64,000 bases of DNA from Coriobacteriia bacterium (GCA_963930185.1 CAWVLT010000047.1:2134-66133); one strand, 5' to 3'; shown: positions 1 through 9,868, counted from the first letter of the stretch. Made by a program: numbers and translations. Notes: a model not told the origin generated them from the letters alone.

Positions 1-1
1 G

Positions 2-1519
2 ACGGCGGCGGGAACCTGGGTCGTGTGCTTTGGCGTCGCGCTGGGGCTGGTCGCCCTGCTCTTCGGGGAGATGCCGGGCAGCCTGCATGACCTCGCGCTG
101 GCCATCGTGCTCACCACCACGGCCTATGGCACGCTCGCCCCGATCCTCAAGGAGCGCGGCATTATGGGAACGCCGGTGGGCAAGGCTGTGGTCGCCCATG
201 GCGTGGTGGGCGAGCTGTTCCCGGTACTCGCCATCGCCATTCTGCTCTCCACGCGCGCCCGCTGGGAGGCGGTGCTCATCGTCCTTCTGTTCTTTGCCAT
301 CGCGGCCGTCCTGGCATTCGTCCCGGCACGTGCGCGCAAGATGGGCGCGGGGATCTATCGCGCCATCGAGAGCCTGCGCGAGACCAACGCCCAGACCATG
401 GTGCGCTTCACGATGGTGCTGCTGCTCGCGCTGGTTGCCCTGTCGGCGATATTCGACCTCGACGTGGTCCTCGGGGCGTTCGTCGCCGGCGTGGTGCTGC
501 ACTACATCATCCCCGAGGGGGACCATGCCCTGGAGCACAAGATAGAGTCGATGGGGTTCGGCCTGTTCATCCCGGTCTTCTTCGTGGTGTCGGGGGCGGG
601 CATCGACTTGGCCGCCGTCGCCGGTGACCCGCTGCTGCTTCTGGGCGCCGTCGCCGCGATCCTTGTGGCGCGCGGCGTGCCGGTGTTCGTCTCGACGTTC
701 GTGAGCAAGCAGACCAGGGACTTCGGCGTCATGCAGCGCCTGGAGGTCACGCTGTACAGCACCATGGCGCTGCCCCTCATCGTCGCCGTGTGCTCGATCG
801 CCGTCGACGGCGGCTTCATGCTGCCCGAGGTGTCGAGCACGCTCATCACGGCCGGCGCGCTGACCGTGCTCATCATCCCGGTGCTTGCGTCGCTCACGCG
901 CACGGTCGTCGACGCCCACCCGGTGGCCACCGTGCAGGACCTGGTGGCGTTCCCCGACAGGCGCGACGAGGTGCTGGCGATGTACCGCGCCGCCCGCCGC
1001 GACGCGCGCGAGCGCTATCGCGCGGTGCGCAAGAAGAGCGACGAGATGTTCCTGCCGGACCCCGATGCCTCCGAAGGCGTGCTCGCCGACTTCGCGCGTC
1101 GTCGTGCCGAGCTGCTCAACGAGCTGCGCTCCGAGGAGCTGCACCAGACCGTCATGGGGGCCCAGGCCGACCCGATCGCGTGGGAGCGCGCGATCGACGA
1201 GCGCCAGCGTCGTTGGGAGAAGATGAAGAGCGAGGGCGACGCCGCGTGGGAGCACATCAAGCAGCTGGGCGACAAGGAGATCTCGAGCCTGCGCCAGCAT
1301 GGCGTGCGGTATGCGCAGGAACGCCTCGCCTCCGTTCGCCATGCCAGCGAGCTGCTCGGCAAGATGGGGGAGGGACACGGTTCCTCCAAGGCGGCCGATC
1401 CCTTCGCACGGCAGATACGCAGGGTGCTCGCCCGTGAGCGCGAGCAGGGCGTGTCCCAGGCGCAAGGCGACGCTCCCGTGCCGACACGGGACGGCCGGGG
1501 TCAGGACGGTGACCGCTAG
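2..1519 (+). CDS. Cation:proton antiporter (Na+/H+ exchanger / Kef-type CPA family), 5' end cut by window edge, with ~170-aa charged helical C-terminal tail
   Basis: ORF 23..1519 stays open back to nt 2, so the N-terminus lies upstream of the window. Multi-helix hydrophobic core with GELFPVLAIAILLS and ESMGFGLFIPVFFVVSGAGIDL, which I associate with the Na_H exchanger family. The tail is R/E/K-rich; no RCK GxGxxG seen. Confidence 0.65.
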   Translation, partial: TAAGTWVVCFGVALGLVALLFGEMPGSLHDLALAIVLTTTAYGTLAPILKERGIMGTPVGKAVVAHGVVGELFPVLAIAILLSTRARWEAVLIVLLFFAIAAVLAFVPARARKMGAGIYRAIESLRETNAQTMVRFTMVLLLALVALSAIFDLDVVLGAFVAGVVLHYIIPEGDHALEHKIESMGFGLFIPVFFVVSGAGIDLAAVAGDPLLLLGAVAAILVARGVPVFVSTFVSKQTRDFGVMQRLEVTLYSTMALPLIVAVCSIAVDGGFMLPEVSSTLITAGALTVLIIPVLASLTRTVVDAHPVATVQDLVAFPDRRDEVLAMYRAARRDARERYRAVRKKSDEMFLPDPDASEGVLADFARRRAELLNELRSEELHQTVMGAQADPIAWERAIDERQRRWEKMKSEGDAAWEHIKQLGDKEISSLRQHGVRYAQERLASVRHASELLGKMGEGHGSSKAADPFARQIRRVLAREREQGVSQAQGDAPVPTRDGRGQDGDR

Positions 1520-1726
1520 GGCGGCCCACAATCTGGATTTTGGCTGGCAGGAGATTCGAATCACAACTCCTGCACCACATGGCCGCATGGCTTGGATACC
1601 GTTACGCATATTCTGATGAATGTGTCATCGGCCGCCCGCCGCTTCGGGGGAATGCGGGCGGGCCGGCCGATGTGATGGTTTGCGATGCACGTGCATGATG
1701 TGATGGGGCCTGTGGAGGGGAGACGT

Positions 1727-3001
1727 ATGCGAATAGCTCCTAAGCTGGCGCATGGGCTCATCTGTATGGCGCTCGGGGTTGTCTGCGTCGCCGGGGCGGG
1801 TGGCTGCGACCTGTCTGGCGACGGCTCGACATCCTCGAATGTCGACATCGTTGCGGACGCGGCGAGCAACGCCGGCGTCGCTCGGGAGGACGTGGCCATC
1901 GTCGTCGAGGGGACCGTCTTTACCCAGGATCAGGTCGATGAGTTCGTGATGCAGCTCAGGGCCACGAACGGCCTGTCTGATGAAGCCGACTACCAGGCGT
2001 ACCTCGAGGGGTCGGGACTGACCGAATGGGATGTCCGCAAGAGCGTCATGCGGCAGGTGATCCGCTCGGTGCTCATCCTCAAGGACGCGCAGGCGCAGGG
2101 GATAGCGGTCGACGACGACACGGTGCGCAGCCGCATCGACCAGCTCGAGTCCCGCTACCCCTCGCACGAGGCCTGGCTGCGGGCCCTATCTGCAAGCGGG
2201 TACACCGAGGAGAGCTACTACACCTCCGTGCTCGTGGACGTGGTGTCCCGCCAGTTGCAGGACAAGATGATCCCCGAGCCAAAGCTTACCGACGAGCAGA
2301 TCCAGCAGTACGCGGTGCTCGTGGCCCCGACGCTGGCAGGCCGGCGCTCGTCACACATCCTCTTCTCCAAGGACGACTACGCCACGGCGACCGAGGTGTA
2401 CCAGCGCCTTCTCGATGGCGAGGACTTTGCCGAGATGGCCCGCGAGTATTCCATCGACGGTACGGGGGCGAACGGCGGGGACATGGGCTGGGACAGCCAG
2501 GTTGCCCTGACGAGCGAGTACCAAGAGGCGCTGGACAAGCTCGAGCCCGGCGAGATGTCACCTATCGTGAAGAGCCAGTTCGGGTATCACATCATCCTGT
2601 GCACCGAGAAGTACGAGCCGACCTACCTCGAGGACGGCTCGATTGACCTGTCAACCATCCCCTCCGACCTCATGGAGATCATCCAGACGTCGATGAAAGA
2701 CAGCCTCTCGAACCAGATGTTCGAGACGTACGTCTCCAACCTGGAGGCGACCGCTGCGCTCGCCGTGTTCGACGAGGACGCAACCCAGGTGCCGCCCGAG
2801 GAGATCGGCCTTGCCACGCAGGTGGTTCCCATCGAGGAGGACTCGCAGATCGACGACGCCGTCGAGAACGCCGAGGACGCGGTGGACGCCATCGTCACCG
2901 AGCCGTCCCAATCGGACGACCAGACGGTACCGTCTCCCAGCACGATAGGAAGCGTGGTGGACGACGGCCTGCCCGCGGCGGAGAACTCCGGGCTGGAGTA
3001 G
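1727..3001 (+). CDS. Parvulin-type peptidyl-prolyl isomerase, PrsA/SurA-like secreted foldase (possible lipoprotein)
   Basis: ORF 1685..3001; start moved to ATG 1727 behind GGAGGGGAG. N-terminal hydrophobic signal ending VAGAGGC. Rotamase core GGDMGWDS...LEPGEMSPIVKSQFGYHIILCTEK. Confidence 0.75.
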   Translation: MRIAPKLAHGLICMALGVVCVAGAGGCDLSGDGSTSSNVDIVADAASNAGVAREDVAIVVEGTVFTQDQVDEFVMQLRATNGLSDEADYQAYLEGSGLTEWDVRKSVMRQVIRSVLILKDAQAQGIAVDDDTVRSRIDQLESRYPSHEAWLRALSASGYTEESYYTSVLVDVVSRQLQDKMIPEPKLTDEQIQQYAVLVAPTLAGRRSSHILFSKDDYATATEVYQRLLDGEDFAEMAREYSIDGTGANGGDMGWDSQVALTSEYQEALDKLEPGEMSPIVKSQFGYHIILCTEKYEPTYLEDGSIDLSTIPSDLMEIIQTSMKDSLSNQMFETYVSNLEATAALAVFDEDATQVPPEEIGLATQVVPIEEDSQIDDAVENAEDAVDAIVTEPSQSDDQTVPSPSTIGSVVDDGLPAAENSGLE

Positions 3002-3108
3002 GGCCGTGCGCCGCGCGGGCCGACACCCGCCGCTCGCCCGGTGCCCGCAGCTTGGCCGGCGCTCGCCGTTTGCTCGGCGCTCGCAGTCAGTCCGGCGTTC
3101 GTCTCTGC

Positions 3109-4062
3109 CTACTTCGTCTCGGTCCCCTGCCCTCTCGCCTGCCGCGAGGCATCCGCGTCAGGCTCGGGTTCGTCTTTCTGCGTGTCGCGCTGCTGGAGGG
3201 GGACGCCTGGCTTTGTGGGGAGCGTGGTGACGTTGACGCCGCTCCCGTCGATGCGGATCTCGCGGACCACGGCGCCTTCCTGCGAGTCGCGCCGGATGAC
3301 CCTCCATGCCTTTTTGAGCGGCTTGGTCACCTTGGGCGTTAGGTCTACCGGGACGGTCGTGCGCAGGTTGTAGCGCACGGACACGATGCGCAGCGCCATG
3401 GTGACGACGACGCACAGCACGGCGGCGATGGGCTTTATCACGTGCACGTCGACCAGGCCCATGTACACCACGGCGCCGGCGAGCGAGGCGATCGCGTAGA
3501 AGTTTCCCGCCCGGAAGATCGAGGGGACCTCGCCGAGGCAGATGTCGCGCAGCATGCCTCCGCCAACCGCGGTGATCACGCCCATGAGCACGCAGCTCAG
3601 AAAGCCGTAGTCCATGTCGAGGCGCAGGGCCTTGTCGGCGCCGCTGAAGGTGAACAGGGCCACCGACAGGATGTCGAAGATGAAGATGAGCGCCTTGAAG
3701 CGCCCGATTGCCGAGCGGAAGAAGAACACCAGCGTTGCCGCCAACGCCGCGACCACCATCGTCATGGGGTTGTCGATCATGTAGACGCTGTCGGTTGGCA
3801 GGATCATGTCGCGCAGCAGGCCGCCGCCCAGGCCGGTGACGATGGCGAGCACGACGACGCCCAGAATGTCGAGCTTGCGCTCGCAGGCGATCATTGCGCC
3901 CGAGAGCGCGCCCGAGACCACGGCGGCGTACTCGAGCACGCCGGGCATGGTGATGGTCGACACGTGCGGATCGACCGTGGTGGTTATGGTGTCTATCACC
4001 GCCGATATGAAGCTCCCCGAACCGTCGGCGACGGCGGACATGCAGAGAGTGAGCGGATCCAT
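3109..4062 (-). CDS. UPF0126/TRIC-family membrane protein (YadS/YicG-like)
   Basis: ORF 3109..4257 trimmed to ATG 4062 because the upstream extension runs through the tRNA-Ser at 4204..4294. Two internal repeats with GLGGGLLRDMIL and AVGGGMLRDICLGEVPSIF. Confidence 0.7.
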   Translation of the reverse strand: MDPLTLCMSAVADGSGSFISAVIDTITTTVDPHVSTITMPGVLEYAAVVSGALSGAMIACERKLDILGVVVLAIVTGLGGGLLRDMILPTDSVYMIDNPMTMVVAALAATLVFFFRSAIGRFKALIFIFDILSVALFTFSGADKALRLDMDYGFLSCVLMGVITAVGGGMLRDICLGEVPSIFRAGNFYAIASLAGAVVYMGLVDVHVIKPIAAVLCVVVTMALRIVSVRYNLRTTVPVDLTPKVTKPLKKAWRVIRRDSQEGAVVREIRIDGSGVNVTTLPTKPGVPLQQRDTQKDEPEPDADASRQARGQGTETK

Positions 4063-4203
4063 CGGTGCCTTTCGGTCGAGGGTACGGACGTCGAGGATGA
4101 TCTTAGCCTCGAGAATGCGATTGTAATATGCACGCCTCGTAGGTTTCCAAATTCTTTTTGCCATTGGGCGATTTTTCGCTATACTACTCCTGCTACTTGC
4201 TTT

Positions 4204-4294
4204 GGAGAGTTGTCCGAGTGGCCGAAGGAGCACGATTGGAAATCGTGTAGGCGGCAAAACCGTCTCCAGGGTTCAAATCCCTGACTCTCCGCCA
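4204..4294 (+). tRNA. tRNA-Ser (anticodon GGA)
   Basis: 91-nt cloverleaf. Acceptor GGAGAGT/ACTCTCC; anticodon stem CACGA/TCGTG with loop TTGGAAA; long variable arm; T-loop GGTTCAAATCC; encoded CCA. Confidence 0.9.
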
Positions 4295-4338
4295 GTGCAT
4301 TCCAGCGGCATGCGATGAGCATGCCGCTTTCACCCTAC

Positions 4339-4431
4339 GGAGGGGTGGCAGAGTGGTTGAATGCGGCGGTCTCGAAAACCGTTTAGCCGGTAACCCCGGC
4401 TACGAGGGTTCGAATCCCTCCTCCTCCGCCA
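4339..4431 (+). tRNA. tRNA-Ser (anticodon CGA)
   Basis: 93-nt cloverleaf. Acceptor GGAGGGG/CTCCTCC (one G-U pair); anticodon loop CTCGAAA; long variable arm; T-loop GGTTCGAATCC; encoded CCA. Confidence 0.9.
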
Positions 4432-4443
4432 GATAGACATTCA

Positions 4444-4485
4444 AAAGGCACCCGTTCGACGACTTCGAGCGGGTGCCTTTGCTTT
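4444..4485 (+). terminator. Hairpin terminator after the tRNA-Ser pair
   Basis: AAAGGCACCCG ... CGGGTGCCTTT stem followed by GCTTT. Confidence 0.5.
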
Positions 4486-4532
4486 GCAGTGGGTATCATG
4501 TGCGATGTTTGCCAACCGTCCGATTGGAGCAG

Positions 4533-5132
4533 ATGATGGAAGAGAAGACCCTGGAGATAACCGACAACGTGCGCCGTGCCATGGACTACGCCTTTGACGA
4601 GGCCCAGCGCCTGCTGAGCACCAACGGCGGCTTCATGCCCTTCACCGTGACGGTGGTTGACGAGGGTCTCGAGCTCAACGAGCACTCCGGCGAGACGCCC
4701 GACGACATTCGCGAGTCGGTGAAGATGCTGCTTGCTCAGGACATGCCCGAGGGGTACGCCCTGTGCTACGACGGCTACGTCGAGACTGACGAGGGAACGC
4801 GCGACGCCATCGTGGTGGAGGTGGCCTGCCGCGGGGCCGCAAGGGCGGACATTCTCGCCATGCTCTACATCCAGGACGCCGACGCGTACACCTTCGAGCC
4901 CAGCTATGCGTACGCGGGCGCCCAGGCGCAGCTCTACCCGGCGGGCACCAAGCCCATCGTGAGCGGCCTGGCCGCCCTGGAGACCGAGGAGTCGGCCCAG
5001 GACGAGGACGCCGAAGAGGCCGCGCCCGCCGCGACGGACGCCGATGAGGCCGACGCGGCCGGGCAGTCCTGCCCGAGCGCCCCGTCCGCAGACGACCAGC
5101 CCGACGGCGAGGGGACTGTGTCGCCTGCGTGA
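4533..5132 (+). CDS. Hypothetical acidic protein
   Basis: ORF 4473..5132, start moved to ATG 4533 (MMEEKTLEI). Long D/E/A-rich tail. No family recognised. Confidence 0.45.
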   Translation: MMEEKTLEITDNVRRAMDYAFDEAQRLLSTNGGFMPFTVTVVDEGLELNEHSGETPDDIRESVKMLLAQDMPEGYALCYDGYVETDEGTRDAIVVEVACRGAARADILAMLYIQDADAYTFEPSYAYAGAQAQLYPAGTKPIVSGLAALETEESAQDEDAEEAAPAATDADEADAAGQSCPSAPSADDQPDGEGTVSPA

Positions 5133-5433
5133 AGGCGGTAACGCCGAGAACAGCGCCATGTCAGCGTCGCGTAAGGCATGGTCACCGTAAGGTAATGCCT
5201 GCCCCGGCGGTCTTTCTGTCAGCCCCGAGCCTATCTATGCTGTGCAACGAAGTCCCCGACGGAGACTTCCCCCGGCATGGAGGCCGGGGCCGACATCAAG
5301 CGGGATGGGACGAATGACGGCAGGCAACTCAAACGCGACCCTGGAAGTGGCAGGGGTCGGGGGCGGCGGCCCCTCGCGTCACCCGGGCGGTGATGCGCCA
5401 CTCTATCAAGGCGAGTACGAAGTCAAGAGGATC

Positions 5434-6324
5434 ATGCCGAAGCGCCGCCTGGAGGCGATCGGCAAGACCGTCACCGGCATCTGCATCGCCCTCATGGTCA
5501 TCTTGGTGCTCTCGCTCATCTTCATGGTGGCCCAGCGCGGCCTGGCCACGTTTTTGACCGACGGCGTCTCCCTCGGGTCGTTCCTCGCGGGGACGCGATG
5601 GCAGCCGCACGTGCAGGACGACAGCGGCGCGTGGTATCTGGGTGCCCTGCCCATGATCGTGGGCTCGTTCTCCGTTTCGCTGCTCGCCACGGCGATCGCG
5701 CTGCCCATCTCGCTGTGCTGCGCCATCTTCGTGGCCGAGATCGCCCCCAACTTCGGGCGCAAGGTGTTCCAGCCCTTCATTGAGCTGCTCGTGGGCATTC
5801 CCTCGGTCGTCTACGGCCTCATCGGCCTCACGGTGATCGTCTCGTTCACGCGCAGCTGGGCGGGAGGCACGGGATACGGCATCTTCTCCGGCTCGCTGGT
5901 CCTCGCCATCATGATCATGCCCACCATAACCTCGCTGTCCATCGATGCGCTGGCCGCGGTTCCCCAGGAGTATCGCGAGGGCGCCTATGGTCTGGGGTCC
6001 ACGCGCTGGCAGACGATCTACCGAGTGGTGCTGCGCAGCGCCCTGCCCTCGCTCGCCACGGCGGTGATCCTAGGCCTCACGCGCGCCTTTGGCGAGGCGT
6101 TGGCCGTGCAGATGGTCATCGGCAACGCGGCGGTCATGCCCAAGGGTCTGTTCACGCCGGCTTCCACGCTCACGAGCGTGCTTACGATGGGCATGGGCAA
6201 CGAGGTGTCCGGCACGGTGCAGAGCGATGCGCTGTGGTCGCTCGCCCTGCTGCTCATGATCATGTCGCTGGTGTTCATCGCAATCATCCATCTCATCAGC
6301 CGCAAGGGCACGGTGAAGGCGTAA
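5434..6324 (+). CDS. pstC: Phosphate ABC transporter permease PstC
   Basis: ORF 5242..6324 trimmed to ATG 5434 behind AAGAGGA. Six-TM permease with EAA-type loop REGAYGLGSTRWQTIYRVVLRSALP. Confidence 0.85.
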   Translation: MPKRRLEAIGKTVTGICIALMVILVLSLIFMVAQRGLATFLTDGVSLGSFLAGTRWQPHVQDDSGAWYLGALPMIVGSFSVSLLATAIALPISLCCAIFVAEIAPNFGRKVFQPFIELLVGIPSVVYGLIGLTVIVSFTRSWAGGTGYGIFSGSLVLAIMIMPTITSLSIDALAAVPQEYREGAYGLGSTRWQTIYRVVLRSALPSLATAVILGLTRAFGEALAVQMVIGNAAVMPKGLFTPASTLTSVLTMGMGNEVSGTVQSDALWSLALLLMIMSLVFIAIIHLISRKGTVKA

Positions 6325-6326
6325 CC

Positions 6327-7331
6327 ATGGCTAAGAACAATCCTGACAAGAACCCTGGCATGAACGGCGACGCGGGCCCCGGTGCAACCGGCGGCGCGGA
6401 AAGACGTCTCTCCGAGTCCGCCCGTCAGCTCATGGCCGAGACCGCGTCGCAGATTCGCTCGGACAAGATCGCCACTGCGATCTTCGCCGTGGTGGTCGCC
6501 GCGGTGTGCCTGGTCGTCATCGTGCTCGTGGGCAGCATCCTAGTGCAGGGCATCCCGCACCTGAGCTGGAGCTTCCTGACGAGCGACCCCGAGCAGTTCA
6601 AGGAGGGTGGCGGCATCGGCCCGGAGATCTTCAACTCGTTCTACATGCTGGTGCTCACCTTGCTCATCAGCGTTCCGGTGTCTCTGGGCGCCGCGATCTA
6701 CCTGTCGGAGTACGCCCCCGACAACAAAGTGACCCATGTGGTGAAGACGCTGATCGAGGCCCTGTCCTCGCTGCCGTCCATCGTCGTGGGCCTGTTCGGC
6801 TTCCTGCTGTTCGTCATCTACTTCGGGTGGAGCTTCTCCATCCTGTCGGGCGTGGTGGCGCTCACGATGTTCAACCTGCCCATCCTGGTGCGCGTTATGC
6901 AGCAGTCCCTGGAGGCGGTCCCCGACGCGCAGCGCGAGGCGGGGCTTGCCCTGGGCCTGTCGCGGTGGGAGACCACCATCCGCATCGTGCTGCCGGCCGC
7001 CCTGCCTGGCATCATCACGGGCGTGATCCTGTCGGCGGGCCGCGTGTTCGGCGAGGCGGCGGCGCTCATCTACACCGCGGGCCAGTCGGCGCCGTCGCTG
7101 GACTTCACGAACTTCGACCTGTCCAGCCCGTCGTGCCCCTGGAACCTCATGCGCCCGGCTGAGACGCTGGCCGTGCACATCTGGAAGATCAACAGCGAGG
7201 GCGTCGTGCCCGACCTGGACGCGGTCTCCAACGGAACCGCGGCCGTGCTCATGGTCTGCGTGCTGGCCTTCAACCTGGGCGCGCGCTTCATCGGCCGCGC
7301 GGCCTCCCGCAAGCTCACCGCGGCGGACTAG
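6327..7331 (+). CDS. pstA: Phosphate ABC transporter permease PstA
   Basis: ATG 6327 lies 3 nt after the pstC stop. N-terminal anchor helix plus permease core with REAGLALGLSRWETTIRIVLPAALPGIITG. Confidence 0.85.
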   Translation: MAKNNPDKNPGMNGDAGPGATGGAERRLSESARQLMAETASQIRSDKIATAIFAVVVAAVCLVVIVLVGSILVQGIPHLSWSFLTSDPEQFKEGGGIGPEIFNSFYMLVLTLLISVPVSLGAAIYLSEYAPDNKVTHVVKTLIEALSSLPSIVVGLFGFLLFVIYFGWSFSILSGVVALTMFNLPILVRVMQQSLEAVPDAQREAGLALGLSRWETTIRIVLPAALPGIITGVILSAGRVFGEAAALIYTAGQSAPSLDFTNFDLSSPSCPWNLMRPAETLAVHIWKINSEGVVPDLDAVSNGTAAVLMVCVLAFNLGARFIGRAASRKLTAAD

Positions 7332-7384
7332 CGACCGGGATAGTTCACGGCCCTGCGAAATACGTCGACGCCGCGTTTCGGCAC

Positions 7385-7431
7385 GCCGGTAGCCTGCCAT
7401 GCCCTTGCGGCAGCGGGCTACCGGCGTTTTT
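7385..7431 (+). terminator. Rho-independent terminator after pstA
   Basis: Stem CGCCGGTAGCC ... GGCTACCGGCG followed by TTTTT, about 54 nt after the pstA stop. Confidence 0.7.
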
Positions 7432-8144
7432 GCTGGTGCGCGGGCATCGTCTGCTGGCGCATATGAGGCCGCACCGCGAGCGAGGTAGGGAGAGCCAGTG
7501 CCATGGGCCTCTGCGCGGGGCACCATTGCGTGGATCCGAGTCAAATTTGGCAAAAGAAGCCGAGGTTGTACGATCGGAGGCGCACAGGCGGCGTGCCCTG
7601 TTGGCAACCTTGTTGACGATCTGCGGAAAATAGCAGGTAATCAGGGGCGTGGGGAACAAGAAGAGTCATCAGCGACAACGTGCCTGCGCAAGAATCGGTG
7701 TGAAATCGTACAACCTGGGGGTTTTATGCCAGGGCCAGGCGTTTGGTGCGCAGGTTCGGGTGTGGTTGGCTTGCGATGACATGGCTGGCGATGGGCCAGA
7801 TCGATGGACGAGAACGCTGCGGCACCTGCGTCGACTTGTGTCGCTGATGCGCACAAAACGTAAGCTGCATGCATGGCCAGATCAGGCGCGGATGGAAAAG
7901 CAGCAGGTAGATGGGGTGAGACGCCCCGGCTCGTAACGCTGGGCGCAGGCAAGCGCAAGCGGAGTGTAAGCGCTGATTAGCGCAGCGTAACGTTCGGGCC
8001 ACGAGCATCCGCTCGGGCGCTTGAGCGACTATTCTTCGCAGTGAGCATGCCGCGGGGCCCGAAAAAGCGTCGCGGGAGGCTCGCACGAATTTACGCGCAT
8101 TGACGACCTTATGTGAAGTCACTCGAAAGAAAGGGACGTTTACC

Positions 8145-9122
8145 ATGCAGGTTATGTCTGAGTCCGTCTCGCGTCGCTCCTTCCTCGGCCTGGCCGCCGC
8201 CGGCGTGGCCGTTGCCGGCCTGGGTGTCATGAGCACCCGTGCGCTCGCCGAGGACGGCGAGGCCGCTGCCTCCTCCGCCAAGGACGCCTCCTCCGCCAGC
8301 GACACCGAGGCCTCCGCGCCCGAGTGGACGAAGACCGAGGTTGCCGAGGGCAGCATCGTCGCGGTTGGCTCCACTGCCCTGCAGCCCCTGGTCGAGGCTG
8401 CTGCCGAGCAGTACATGGAGCAGTACGGCAACGTGCAGATCAGCGTTCAGGGCGGCGGTTCGGGCCAGGGTCTCTCGCAGGTCTCCCAGGGTGCCGTCCA
8501 GATCGGCAACTCCGACCTGTTCGCCGAGGAGAAGGACATCGACCCCTCCAACCTCGTCGACAACAAGGTGTGCGTCGTGGGCATGGGCCCGGTCGTCAAC
8601 CCCGACTGTGGCGTGACCGACATCACCATGGAGGACCTCAAGGCCATCTTCCTGGGCAACATCACCAAGTGGAGCGACCTGGGCGGTGCCGACGAGGACA
8701 TCGTGGTGATCAACCGCGCCTCCGGTTCGGGTACCCGCGCCACCTTCGAGTCCGCCGTCCTTGACGGCGAGGCCGCCATGCCCTCGCAGGAGCAGGACTC
8801 CTCGGGCACCGTCGCCACCATGGTCGCCGAGACGCCCGGCGCTATCAGCTACCTGGCGTTCTCGTACTACGACGACACGATGTGCGCCCTGAAGGTCGAC
8901 GGCGTGGAGCCCACCGCGGAGAACGTCGAGACCAACGACTGGAAGATCTGGGCCTACGAGCACATGTACACCAGCGCCGACGCTGACCAGTGCACCAACG
9001 ACTTCATCGAGTACATGCTCTCCAACCAGGTGCAGGACGAGCTCGTGGAGCAGCTTGGCTACATCCCGGTGGCCGGCATGAAGGTGGAGAAGGACGCCGA
9101 GGGCAACGTCGTCGAGCTCTAG
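8145..9122 (+). CDS. pstS: Phosphate-binding protein PstS with twin-arginine-type signal peptide
   Basis: ORF 8100..9122 trimmed to ATG 8145. Signal SRRSFLGLAAAGVAVAG. Binding-protein core GSTALQPLVEAAAEQY, VQGGGSGQG, NRASGSGTRATFE. Confidence 0.85.
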   Translation: MQVMSESVSRRSFLGLAAAGVAVAGLGVMSTRALAEDGEAAASSAKDASSASDTEASAPEWTKTEVAEGSIVAVGSTALQPLVEAAAEQYMEQYGNVQISVQGGGSGQGLSQVSQGAVQIGNSDLFAEEKDIDPSNLVDNKVCVVGMGPVVNPDCGVTDITMEDLKAIFLGNITKWSDLGGADEDIVVINRASGSGTRATFESAVLDGEAAMPSQEQDSSGTVATMVAETPGAISYLAFSYYDDTMCALKVDGVEPTAENVETNDWKIWAYEHMYTSADADQCTNDFIEYMLSNQVQDELVEQLGYIPVAGMKVEKDAEGNVVEL

Positions 9123-9194
9123 GCGAGCAGCGCGCTAGGGGGGGATCCCCGGCGCTCCCGACCGCCCCGTCGCGCCCGAGCGGCGCACCGACAG

Positions 9195-9238
9195 ACCCCG
9201 ATCGCCCGAATGCCGGGCGGTCGGGGTTGTGCGTTTTC
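9195..9238 (+). terminator. Hairpin terminator after pstS
   Basis: Stem ACCCCGATCGCCCG / CGGGCGGTCGGGGT followed by TGTGCGTTTTCG. Confidence 0.5.
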
Positions 9239-9464
9239 GCGCCGTTGTGGGCATCGCGTGACCTTGAGCTTGGCGCGTTTTCAAATCGACGGTGCTGAGC
9301 AGCCTGTTTGCCGTCTGACGAGGTCGTGGTCGGGCCGTCGTCAGGGTCGAGGCAGACATAGGGCGCCCGGATGGCGTAGCCTGACCGTGCGGACGTGCGT
9401 CAAGGGAGAGGCGCGCCGGGGCGGGGCACTAGGTGTGGAAACGTCGTGGCACACAAAAACGTGC

Positions 9465-9493
9465 TTGTTTCCACGCAAGGGGCAGGGTAGAGT
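9465..9493 (+). promoter_or_regulatory. Candidate sigma-70-type promoter of the rpsF operon
   Basis: TTGTTT - 17 nt - TAGAGT, about 75 nt upstream of the rpsF ATG. Confidence 0.35.
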
Positions 9494-9568
9494 TAATCGG
9501 TCATTCCCTGCTCCGGGCGTATGCCTTCATGAGACCCGGAGCCACTTTAGCCCAGAGGAGGTGACATC

Positions 9569-9868
9569 ATGAAGGCTTACGAACTGCTGTTCTTTGTGAA
9601 CCCGTCCATCACCGACGAGGCTCGCGCTGGCGTTATGAAGAGGATCGACACCGCCATTACCGAGAACGGTGGCGTCATCGATGACGTCGATTCCTGGGGC
9701 AAGCGCAAGCTTGCTTTCCCGATCGACAAGCTCACCGAGGGCGACTACACCCTGATCAACTTCCACACCGAGCCGACTTCCATCGCCGAGCTGGACCGCA
9801 TCCTGCGCATTTCCGACGACGTGATCCGTCACATGATCGTTCGTCGCGACGACAAGGACGCGGCGTAA
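9569..9868 (+). CDS. rpsF: 30S ribosomal protein S6
   Basis: MKAYELLFFVNPS...DSWGKRKLAFPIDK..GDYTLINF. SD GAGGAGG upstream. Conserved rpsF-ssb-rpsR order. Confidence 0.95.
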   Translation: MKAYELLFFVNPSITDEARAGVMKRIDTAITENGGVIDDVDSWGKRKLAFPIDKLTEGDYTLINFHTEPTSIAELDRILRISDDVIRHMIVRRDDKDAA

